Shown here in pieces: positions 1 to 12,700 of a stretch of DNA of 64,000 nucleotides; positions within the stretch are counted from its first letter, which is position 1, and each line of letters opens with the position of its first letter. The position numbers and the translations under genes are program-made. The stretch is from the NCBI RefSeq assembly GCF_000485595.1, contig NW_014577068.1, positions 338,379 to 402,378 on the forward strand. The letters are read 5' to 3'. The notes under the pieces are model-generated. The model did no database searches. It saw only the letters and a list, made by a program, of their open reading frames with translations, and was not told the DNA's origin. The DNA is from Priapulus caudatus. Taxonomy: Eukaryota.

Positions 1-80
1 TAGGGTTAGGGTTAGGGTAGGGTTAGGGTTAGGGAGTAGGCGAAGGCGACATACTCGCCGACACCTCGGGTACTACATAT
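1..80. repeat. Interstitial (TTAGGG)n, part of a dispersed element
   Basis: TTAGGG repeats followed by GGGAGTAGGCG(A/T)AGGCGAC, the same junction as at 13060-13082. Confidence 0.75.
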
Positions 81-81
81 A

Positions 82-440
82 CAGGGTTCATAGTAGTAAG
101 ACACATGTTGAAATAAGGACTTATAAGACCCTTTTTGGAGGCCAAAATAAGACTTTTACGCGATTTCTGATAGATCACCGACTATTAAAGTACACTAATA
201 ATATTTATATACACAATTGCACAGCAGATTTAATTATTCCGTATTATATATACAACAATTCTTACTCTAAGTTGAGAACAGTTTATAAAACAATGTTGAA
301 AAATGGTCCTTTGGCAAAAAATAAGGACTATTAAGTACTTTTCTAAGATTTCACCAAAAATAAGTACTAATAAGGGCCCTTATTTTATTTTTCGCAAAAT
401 AAGTACTTGTAAGACTTTGGAAGACCCGCTACGAACCCTG
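82..440. mobile_element. Non-autonomous TIR element (hAT-like MITE)
   Basis: Termini CAGGGTTCATAG / CTACGAACCCTG; internal TAAGAC/TAAGTAC repeats; no clear TSD. Confidence 0.6.
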
Positions 441-499
441 GATAATTATGTTATAACAGATGACTACATATTACATTTTATATACACGTTATGACTTAC

Positions 500-621
500 T
501 CTCTCCCTGTCCATGTTCTCTTTTGCTTCTCTTTTTCGTTGATGTCTGGCATCTCTTCTTGCCTTCCACTTATTTAACCTTTCCGGCAGTAGTCTGGAGA
601 TTACAGCTGAATCCTCCAAGT
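500..621 (-). CDS. AK9: AK9 exon (last seen in window)
   Basis: LEDSAVISRLLPERLNKWKARRDARHQRKREAKENMDRER; ggtag/gtaagt. Confidence 0.88.
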
Positions 622-3600
622 CTACCAACGTTTCACATATCTTATTATACACATATATTCGTGCGTAAGAGTGAATATTCCTGAACCATACTGAGTAAAA
701 ATTTAGCAAACAATAGAAAGCTATATGTAATGAACATATGCAATTATTTGCACACACTATAGAAGTATTTTCATGCATCTGTATCTTTTCATGCACTCCA
801 ACTTACTCAAGAGGATGGCAGCATCTGGAAAGAAGCCACTGCTGGCCAGAAAGTGAGTGTCCTCAGGTGTTCGAGGAAAGTCTTCAAGTATGAAGCCATG
901 TGACCTATACACAATCTTCTTAGTTATGATCACCATAGTTCAAAGTATAATTCAAGGTTAATTTGATCGATCTTATATAGTCAGTCTAAGTATTTTTGAA
1001 TTCACTTTGTTTTTGCTTACAATAAACGAGTTTTTCAGTGTGGGTACCAATATTTCTCATTTATCTTCTACTTCCAAGTGTCTACAACACTTTCTTGTTA
1101 CATTATTAAATGTCAGCTACTCGTATACATGTATTACACGGGCTTAGAAATGGTGTTTAGAAATGTATTTCCTCAGAAACTGTGTTTAGAAAAGTGTGTC
1201 TTACATGTAAGGTTCTTTCTGCCACAGGTCAGGTAGTATTCTGGCAAGAGTTTCTGGTGCTAGAGCTTCCCCATCTTTTAAAAAAGAAAAGATGTTCTCT
1301 TCTTCTTCTGTAAAGCCATACTTCTTTTTAGGGTCCTGTTCTTCATCCTCAGCAGCCTCCACATCTTCTTTCCCATCCTCACTAAAATAGTGCAACAATT
1401 ACTATGGGTTATATTTAACTCAATTACAAATGGGTTATATTTAACTCAATTACAAGAAACATTGATAATGAAACTTTGATTATTCAGTCATATTTTTCAG
1501 GTTGGAATCAACACGTATTTATTATACCACAAATATAGCACGTTGTGCAGCACGACAGTGTTGGTTGAAAGGCAATAGCTGCTGCTGCACTACTGTTTCT
1601 GCCGTTGCTGCATGATGTTACCATCAATACAATTAAATTAATAAAACGTTGAAAAATGGACATAAGCTTGGTCAAAACGTGTGAAACGAAATAGCATGTA
1701 GCAAAAGATGAAAATGTAATGTTTCTATGCATCTTTGACTCTTAATATTCACTATAGGGCACTAATTAGTGCTGAGCTGCATGGTGCCTTTAAACACAAC
1801 AAACATTTTTAACATCTCATAAAATCAAATTGTGGATTTTTCAAATAATTAAATGCGGCAAAAATGTGAATCTGTATAGTGGCGCACTTTCCCGTGATCT
1901 TGAATGTGAATCTTTTTCTATGTGTCTATCTGCAAGATATTTACCTTTCAAATTCTTTATCTTCCTCGAACTCTGCTGGTACAACTGGATGCTGTGTTTT
2001 ATGGATAATCAGCTCCTGCAACTTCTCTCTGAATTTGATGTGAAAAACGCCTAGTTTTTGGGCCAGAAGCCGGCCGATTGTCGTTTTTCCAGCTCCCCGT
2101 GGGCCCAACATGAACAGTCGAAGAGGGGGAGGCTAGAAAAACATAAGGGAAATTAGTGGGCACATGTGATAAACCTGATAATAATGAATATTGTATACTA
2201 TAAAGTCAGAACTAGAGTAGCCATTTTCAAATAAGTTGGATATAATGCAGATTACTTAAGACATAAAAATGTAGGGGTTATGCCCAAAACACAAATAGTC
2301 CATAAATTCTCCCGATGACTGGCCTATAAATCATATATTGATAACGAATTGAATATTTGGTTTAAATACCAAAGTAGGCCTACTTCAATTTATATAGTAC
2401 AATAATTATAAAATCATTATACATTATACATTATAAATCAAATTACAGTTACCTTTGGAGGATCACTATCAGGCATAAATGCAGACGGTGACAGCAGGAA
2501 CTTTCCCTTAGCATCCTCCGTAGAGAAAAAGTAAGTTTTCTCTCTAAACTTTGCTGACAGCTCTGGGTTTCCTGGATAGAGCACGTTCTTCTCAGTCAGA
2601 GCCACTGGGCAGTAACGGTTCGTATCACCCAGTGCAATTAACCTGCTCTTATATGTCTCTGGGTCTTCCAGCTGCAAAACATGAGGTGATTACCTATAGT
2701 GAATATTGAATTAATCGCAAAAGCCTTATAGTGCCAAATATGCAATACGTATCAGATATGCTCAAGGTAGTAACTTTCAAGAGTATGCTCTATAAAATCA
2801 GTATAAATTAACTTTTGAAGGAGTACAGAAAGATAAGAATCTGAAGTTCAAATCTAAAGTGAAGAATAATGCATTAGCAATAACAACTAGATTAACATAA
2901 ATGATTGTGCTATTTGCTATACATTGCTGTACACCATATTAGCTGCAGAATATGACTGCACGACTTGCATGCTAAAAGCAATATTTTATTAAATGTTTTG
3001 GAATGTTGGTCATGCATAGCAGCATTTTCAGTGAATCGCATGAAGTCCATCAATAAAACGGAGTATTCAACTCCAGACTCTCGTTAATTTTAACCCTTGC
3101 TATAACAATCAATCTTGTTTATACTAGGCATACTTGTGTAACACCATTTTCTGCCTGCTCAAAATACTCCTCCATAAGTTGTCCTATGTCTTCATCATCT
3201 TCCTCCTGGTCTAATGGTGAATACTCCCACGCTTGATACTTGAAACGTCCTATTGCACGCAAGGATTTTAAAAACCAGCAACATTCTGACCATGTTAAAA
3301 ACAGATGGATAGATGGAACAATAAAGAAATACTGGGAGATTTCCATATTATATGTTTTATATGCAAGAATTCGTCTTTAGTACGTAAATAATATCAGGAA
3401 TATAAGCGTTGTGATTCAAAGCATTTAGATTTGTGCGGCTACTACTAGCAGCACTCATGCGACCTTTTCTTATGATGAATAGACGTGGGATAAACACTGG
3501 TAGTGATATCACCGAGCACTCATGGCTTCACGAGTACCTTCTATCTTCGAAATGACTTCACGGAGAATTTCTTCCACCGAGTTGTTAGTGATGTCAACAG

Positions 3601-3758
3601 TCTTTGTTTCTAGACTTGTGTTTCCAGTGACCAGAGACACAATGTTCTCCAGCTTTGCCTGCTCTTCCTGAGCTCTCATTTTGAAGTTTTCAGTCTCAGT
3701 GCCCTCTGGTGATGCAATCCACTCCATTATGATATTATCAGGAGTAAGATAATATTAT

Positions 3759-3796
<38 letters not shown>

Positions 3797-6700
3797 CATA
3801 TCTATATGTATATGATGAACAGTGATAACTGTCAAAGCCTGCCTATTCATAAAGAAATATTCTCTATGGTTAGGCAATAAATAGAAACATTTTATGCACA
3901 TCTTCAATTCAGCTTATTTCATAGACATTTTCCATCAGCAAATTTGATGCTAAACACCTTTCCCTGTGTACAGGTAAATGTATAATATTAATTAACGTCT
4001 AACTGGTCTGATTTCATTACCAGTCTCTAAAAGTTCATTTAAAACACTTATTTGTGTGTTTCCTCGTGGAGAACGTGCAATGATTAGCTTCCATGTGTAT
4101 GCACAACAATAATTATATGCAATAATACCATGCACATAATATATTATACACTATATACATATATTCGTGATAATATCCGATGCAAATCTATGCTGTAAAT
4201 ATTCTGGCATACCTTTAACTTAGTAAAATATTATGATTTGAGAGTGATATTACACATTTATTTACAACACAAAGAATTGAGCAATAATTTACTGGGAAAT
4301 TATGCTCTCTCTGGACATTACGTATAACAAAACTCCATTAATTGCCAAAGACATACCGGTAGTTACTTTACCACAAAACAGTGTTAAAAATAGCTAGATC
4401 AGTAACTAAACAAGTGGGACATTTAGACATATCTATTGTACCAGCAGTTTTCCCTGCTGTAGTCTCATGCCACCGACGTAACAGCGTTGGCAATCCTTGT
4501 CCGGCATCCGTCAGGACAATCATGTCATCTACTAGCATCCCCCTGTCAACCATCACTACCCACTGGTCATGAGAACTTGGCCATCCATCCAGTATAAAAC
4601 CACCTTGCCTGGAAATTATACGAGATCAGTACACAGTGCACTAGAGCATGTGGGATATAGTTAACAACAAGAATGATTTCTGCTACAGATTTGCAATGAG
4701 TCTAGGTTTGGCATAGTCATCCACCATAATATATGTGATGATCGCTATTCGTTATATATGCAACATAATTTCCATAGTTGTTATAACTTTCTGTGCATTC
4801 AGTCAATGTTATCTTCATCTGCAATGATGGGCTACATAAGATAATCATTACTAGGCAGACCATGTAGTATCATATATCGGCATTTAATAGTTGCTGCAAG
4901 AAAGTACAATGACTGTCCTAGTATGGTGAGGTACGTGATATGACAATCAGTGCACGTATATATATCTGCTCAAATGCACCCTATCTCTAAATAGATCTGT
5001 ACCTTTTCCCATCTTCTCTTTCGGATGCTGACTTCTTCTCAGCAGCTACAATCAGCCTCTGCAGCATCTCAACGTGGAGTTCAGGAGTGAGGGTCACTTC
5101 CTGTTTGCTGGCCTCAGCAGCCGCCGCCTCCATCGCCGCTGCGACATCTGGGTGGGTCTCGTCCACGGTGCTAGAACCACCCGTCTTATCATCAGCGCCT
5201 ACAAATCATCAAGTAACCTTCAACCGTCAAATCATCAGCGCCTCAAACAATCAGTTACTATACCGTCTTTATCATCAGTTTGATTTACAGTGCCTATACA
5301 AGTGTGTCAATAGTCTCATCCAACATAGTGTATGAGTGGACCTGATGATAGTACGTACCCGTGCCTCAGAAACCTTCATGCTTTAAAATGCTTTTTGATA
5401 CCATTAAGTGCAATACGTCTGTTCTGAATTAACACCAGCTTCAATTCTAAAGCAAGGTTAACAGCACCAAGCAGTTCTACACGAACTACATAAGAAATAA
5501 TATGAAATTGTGTTGTTACCTCCTGCATAGGCTTCTTCTGCCATTTTGTCTACAATTGAGGTTATTGTAATCTCGGCTGCATGGCGTTTTGCCTGATTAA
5601 TGATCTCAATCTTCTTCTCTTCCAGATATTGGCTTTCATGCTCCTTTGCACAAATTACCTGTAAAAAATCAACAAGCAGCAGGTTTTAATATTTATATGA
5701 CCATTGAGAAGTTAGTACAGATACAAATTAAGACATTATAGAATACCATAGTAAATATATGAAAATATCATATTACATACATGATTTGCAGAAAGGAAAG
5801 GCAGAAAATAGCAACCTCTCACTCAGGAAGCAAGCACTCATAATTTCACTTACTAACATATCTTGCTTGCAATTAAGTACATATATAGCCAAGCTGCAAT
5901 GGTTGCAATTAAGGTAGTTGACATACCACAGCATCATAGTGTTGAGCCAGCTTCTCACATAAAGTAGATTTGCCAGAAAGCGGTGGACCCAGCACACAGA
6001 TCTTGCATGGTATGCGTGGGTTTGGTGGCAGGAGATAGTACCGAGGGTTCTCTGTGAATCTTTCCACAGCTTCTTTCGAAGACAACATATACATCTTGTC
6101 TAGAAAACTAAAAAAAATTAAGACCTAATGTTTTCAGTGTAATAGGTGCACATAGTTTCTAAAAAAGTCCAAAGAAGTTTTAAAACACCATTATAAGTTT
6201 TGATTACAGGAAAAGACAATATCATTTGCACAACAGCTATGTCTATAATTAAGTCAAACTCACATAAAATGGTCTAAAACGTCATTGATTCAGCCAAATA
6301 TGCCAAATTGCTTAAAATTCTTCTAATTTGCTAAATATATTTAACACTTTAAATTGTTTAATTTACACTTTAATTATGTATGCTTACGAACCCGGAGTAA
6401 TACATATTTGCACATTCTTGACACGTGATTATCAAATAAAATTTCTAGCTCGTTCATCAGTTTTATTCATGGATATCTGTGGTAATTACTAATACCAATT
6501 ATATACCATGATTATGTATATTGATTGCATTCAATATACATAAGTTGATGTTAATCCAGCACACCTGACTGCAAACTGAGGTCTTCCTTCCACCATATTG
6601 CCTTCATAGAGTGCCACTGGACAAAGGTTTTGCCACTTAGAGCGCCTCCACCGCCACTTAGGCGCCACCATGTTTTTTCCTGCTAAGGCTCTCATTATCT

Positions 6701-9700
6701 CATCCAATTCTGCTCCTTCAAGGCTATCATCATCCACCGCCATAAGCCGCTTTGGTGCAATCGCACGCTGGATTGGCAGCACTGCTAATCTCTCCAACAT
6801 GTTCTAAAACAAGTATAATCACATTGTAGTTAGTAGTTTGGCTATTCCTATTTTAAAGTTGATGTGTCCCAGGATTATACCACAGCTGGGCATATTAAAA
6901 CGCTTGACCTAATTTTTATTTTTGAGAGCATAATCAGCGTATTGTTACACTTGTTCCACGTTGTTTTCTTCTGCAAAAACAACCAGGAACATGTCTATAA
7001 CCAGTCGGTGACACAGCATGCCAGACTAAGTACTAATGGGGCCCCACCTTTTGAGAGCATTTCATGCCTTAAATGTCATTACAATTCATGTCACATATTT
7101 TGTTTACACATATATTTTTGCTATTGTTTATTATTATAATGCATTTTACTAGGTAAAAGTACAATGATTATATGCTGCATGCTGGCATGCACAGGTCATG
7201 CATCTAAAGAGTAAAAACAGTTTGCCATACCATGTATACATCATCCACTGCGTGGTTTGCATCCAGCTCAATGACATACTGCTGGTCGTGTTTCTCAATA
7301 TAATTCTATAACAGTAAACCACAGTAAACCAGTATAACAGTAATAAGTAGTAAAGTAATAACAGTAAACAGTAAACAGTAATAAGTAAACAGTAATAACA
7401 GTAATAACAGTAAACGGTAATAAGTAAACAGTAATAAGTAGTAAAGTAATAACAGTAAACAGTCATAAGTAATAAGTAAACAGTAAACAGTAAACAGTAA
7501 TAAGTAAACAGTAAACAGTAATAAGTAAACAGTAATAACAGTAAACCAGTCAACTAATCAGCACCAGGATTGCCCATACACACCTGCTCAAACCAAAGTG
7601 CTTATAAAGATAATAATATATTATATTGTAATGTTTTCCCCTTTCTTTACTTTATCATTTCCCTTTTAGTTATGTTTCCCTTGCGTGCGTGATCCCCGCT
7701 AATTGTGTAATGTTGCAATAACCGCTCCGGCCGTTACCACACACCACGTGGCAATCGAGTCAGCCGAATTCACAATCCAGCAATCAAATCTTAGCCCGGT
7801 GGTAACAGCCGGGGGGTTATTGCGACATTACACAATTAACGAGGATAATGCAAGGAAAACATAAGAAAAAGGGGAATGATAAAGTAAAGAAAGGGGAAAA
7901 CGTTACAATAATATATATGTCGAGTAAAGTGAACACTTCTGACAAAATACAAGATTTTTCTAGTGAGCACAATTTGTGGGCTCGATAATCAAAACAAATT
8001 GTACTAGTCGCCTGTGTTAACACAGAGACGCCTTGAAAAATTAATCATTAATTTGTCTAAGTAAATGTTTAAAATGGAATATAAAACCTACCTCCAACTG
8101 TATGAGCTGGTGAGCTCTGAACAGTTGAATATCTGCAGTAAGGACGTCATTGACATCCTCTGGTCGTTTCACCAGACGGCGAACAACATCAGGGCTCACT
8201 ATAGTTTCATCTAACACCTGTATGTATTATATTACTATATCATATGTTATATCGATCTGTTAAAAAAAGACTATTTCCACCCACAAGTGTGTTTATACTT
8301 CTTCTTTGGCCGAATAAATTTCTATCGAAACATGTCTTTACCTATATAATATCAGGAGTTAATATTGACAAATTTGTCATTATTAACTCCTGATAATAGT
8401 AAACAAAGGTAAAATAGAGTTCATGTCATGATATTTTGCATTATGGTAAATTTTTAAAGATGCATCCAATTGTTTCATAACCAGAGAATTACTGATTTAG
8501 ATGGACGTGAGAAAAAGTGAATTCGTGATTAATAATTCTTCAAAGTACTGTTTAAACTTTAATCAATCTACAGAGTATATTCTCTTTCAAAAGAAAACAA
8601 AGGTTTCACCTCAACAACCTCCAGTTCAACGTTCTCTTCCATGGCCTCTTCTTCATCTTCCTTTTCTGTCTCTATTTTCTGAAACAATACCATGAATATA
8701 TGATTTAAAAAATTCTTTAATCATAGTGTTGCACTCTATGGAATACAAACTGTAGTAATCAGTTAAACACAGAATCATTTAAATAATGCAGCCTCAAGTT
8801 TTCAGCCTACTTTTATGTTCTTTTGAGTATGATGAATACCTAGGAAAATAAATAAATTACAATGTCAAATAGAATTGCAGAACTAGTTTTCAAAAATCCA
8901 AAACATAAAAAATGTATGTAAAATGTTCTACCAGCAATCAGTTTACAATTATCTATGGCTTTAGCATTCAAAAAACCAGTCCAAACATGAAAGTAAACGT
9001 GCTAAACGTTAAATGATACCATCTTTTCCTTTATTTGAAATATAAACACAGTTGAAGACACCATTTAGATATGTGCCTCTATCACTGAAAGATCGACAGA
9101 CAAGTGACTCAACCAATATCGCTTGACGATATCAGATGAACTAACAGTAACAAGCACGCGGTTTCCTTACTTCGGTTTTGATGACATCGGGTAAGTACAT
9201 ACTCCTGGTGTAAAGATTATTGGTGAGAAAGTCAACCCTTTGATCAGACCTTCGTTTCTCCAAGTCTCTGTCAGGTATCTATCGTATAAGGGCAGTGAAC
9301 ATATGGACGTGTTTTGCATGTAATCACCTCCAAATTACTAACATACAAGTTACTCTAATATAGCAAAAGCAGTAGTAGTTGAATTAGCCAGTATTACAAA
9401 GCATTTACATTTTAAAATGTTTTCATCAAAACAAAGTACTGAGAGTGAAAAGGCAAATAATGTGGATAATATTTTGAATATACATATAAATGATGCCCAT
9501 ACCCTCAGATTTATGATGACATCTGGCTTTAAATCCCAGGACCATATCATATCCAGTTGTTTCTCAACTGACATATATTTTGTGCCTACTACTGGGAAAC
9601 TATCCAACGTATAACCTATATGTGAACAATTCATAATGTAAAACAAAAAGTAAACCCAATAAATGCAACATAAATAGTTTGGAAGAGCTTGCAATGACAA

Positions 9701-12700
9701 TCAAATGCAGAGAATATGTTATTTTGGTTTTGTGCTGCATATCTTTTAATAATTTCATTGAAAACGAATATACTTTAACCTGTATTTTTTAAATTCTGAG
9801 GAAAGAAAGGTTGGTCTGAGTGTTTTCTTTAATCAGAACAAAAATCATGACCACAAAACCTAGGAAACCATCCCTTTATACGTCATTTCTCAGCAGCAAA
9901 TTTTGAAGGTTTACAATAACTTTTTCATGATTCAGTTTAACGTACCATAATGTCTGACCTCTGGCGATTTAATCTTTTCATTCAGAAGGTCGAATACCAC
10001 GCTATCTGTTGTCATGTCACCGCTCGTCAACAACTTCTTCAATTCTTTGCCTTTGTCTGTGCTTTTTTTTATTGCCTCTTCTAATAGTTCTGTGCCTATA
10101 AATATATCGTATAATGTAGAGGCATGCAGTCAATGTACCTCAAGAAAATGCTCAATTTGCTAGAAGTATAATTCATTTGTTTAAATCAGTTCAATTTAAA
10201 CCAAAGCTATGCTTACAATTGATTAGAATACAGTTCCAGTCCTTGCAGAGCCATGTAGCAAGAGTTGTTTTGCCAACACATGGTTTTCCCCAAACCACAA
10301 AACATGCTGGCTTCGACTTTAAAAATTCCAACTCAACCTGAAAAATTATATGAGAAATTTACGCAATAGTCAATACTATAAACAATTTATTAATAATTCT
10401 CTTGGTTTATCCTCAATATGCACTTAATTACCAAGCTGTGAAAGAATTATTTAACATTTTGAATCTGGCTTACTTCACAACAATCCCACTCCTATCATCT
10501 ATACTAATATTTCCAATGATTGTTCGTCTGTTTGTCGCCTGGCTATAGGCGACCAAATGGTTGATCCATGGGGTGCTGAAACTAGTGCTTGACCCAGGGA
10601 GTGTCATGAGATAGGTGTCATTGACCTCAAAGGTCATTGGAGGTCACATGTCATGAATGTAAGACTTTTCGGCCTAGGACTTTTCGGCCTAGGACTTTTC
10701 GGCCACATATTTTCAACAGATAGGACTTTTCGGCCAAATTCAAATTTCTTTTCCAAAATACTTTTTTTTATACCAGTTCACATAAATTAGTGCTATCCAT
10801 AATATTTCTGTAATTATATTTAGGATTTAAGTGACCAATAATAAAGCATAGAGCCGCAGAAGCGTTGGGCTCATCTTGAGGTCTGTTGCACGATCTATAA
10901 ACGTAAAATTTCAGGTCGTGCGTAAGTACCGACATATATGTAGGCGCAGATATGGGCAGACACGCAGGGTTGCGTAACATCATTGTTAGACACGCCATAT
11001 CCGGCATATGGAGCGGTCAGGGGGAGATGTGGGGGGAGGGGTAGGGGGAGGGTGGGGAAGCGGCGGGGAGGGGGTGGGGAGGGGAAGGGGGAGCGGTGCG
11101 GGGATAGAGGGGCTCTAATAGCAAAGACAGTTATCACTCCTGTTGTTAACAGGTCAACTAAATCCATTGTTTAAACCCGGTACCCTTGGAGGTCAAAAGG
11201 TTATCAGCGACACTTAATCTTTCGCATAGTCAGCAGAAGGGACTATTTCATGGTCCTTTCAATAAAGCCAGTAAAATGCTAGGCCAGACGCGCTGATAAC
11301 AAAATAAGTTCAATCGTGTTCTCGCGTCAGACCCATGTCCTCAGAAAATGTTAAAAATCTGCCCTGTGCCCACTGACCTTTGACCTGTGACCGTCCCATT
11401 TCGGCCACAGTGATGGGCTTTTCTACATGATGCTATAACGCCGCACTATCACGAGCCTTAAGGTCCGAGGCCGTTAGATTTGTGCCGCGAATTCCTGCAT
11501 TTGCCTCCTATACCTTAAGTTAAGGAGTGAAGTTACGCCCCTTCTTTTAACACCTCTGACGCTTATGCTTGAGACACGACAGCTTCGACATTCCCAACTT
11601 ACGGCCGTTTCGGATTCCCCCCGCTCCCGAATATCGTGACCGTTAACGTCGAGCGGTTAAGATTTGTGCCCACTTTGACGCCGCGGCGACGCACGACGAT
11701 CGGACGGAACGATCAAGGCGAATTCTAACAAGCTGCATCTGACTATGTCAGATGAGCTAAAAAATAAAAACATTAAAACAAATAAACACAACAACAAAAT
11801 TTTGAATTTGGCCGAAAAGTCGATCAGGACTATCTGTTGAAAAATTAAAATTTAATTTGTGGCCAGGAAAAGTCTGTGCCGGAAAAGTCCGTGCCGAAGT
11901 CCGTTCCACCAGGTCATTGAAGGCCAAAATGAGTCATGTGTGTGTGGCTAAACGAAGCCAGAGTTTGTTATGACCCTACAAATGGGTGGTGAGATGAGGT
12001 TCAGGTTCAACGCCTAGCATCCGCTCTTAGTGTCTATGTCCCCCTAAGGTACTGCGGAAACGTACCCTGGGTAACGGTCCAGTAATACCGAAACGTACCA
12101 CCTGGGGACGATCTCGGTATAAGCGGAACGTACCCTGGTAAGCTGCTTAATTCTGTTGGTATTGGGTTAGGTTAGGTTAGGGTCTAGGGGATTAGGGAGT
12201 TCAGGTGTAGGCGAGCGTGCGCGCTAAAAGACTCGTTAGTGAGTAGCACGAAGTACGGTCGCGGCTATATTGAAGATAAGAACGCAAGTACGTTCCGATA
12301 TCGGACCAATATGACGCAGGGTAACCAGTTCCGGCAGTCAACCACCTGGGGACACATAGACACTCCATCAGGACCCTAGCTCACAGGTCAACTGGTGGTC
12401 ATAGGGCACACTTCAATTTCAGGATCATAATGAAAACTAGATATGAACTATTGCATGAAATGTATAGAGAGTCGCAATCGTATCACGACAGCTGATTTTG
12501 GGATCATTTGCTTGCATCTCATAATATTGTCTTTATACTTTCAATCTTAATATATGACCTCTATAATATTATCATGATAGGAATATATATCGCTGTGGCT
12601 ATATCCCGGCAAGCCGGCCACGTCTTAGTTGATTTCCTAATGGCTCGCAGTTCACTAACCGCGCTAAACACCCTAAACCCTTGTTACTGAGATAACCGCT

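Noticed and set aside
1..34. True chromosome telomere at the window start
   Set aside because: It lies inside an AK9 intron, is short, and shares its flank with the dispersed element at 12878-13135.
4021..4088. Possible extra AK9 exon ending G|gtaatg
   Set aside because: No credible acceptor in a compatible phase; the flanking exons already join in frame.
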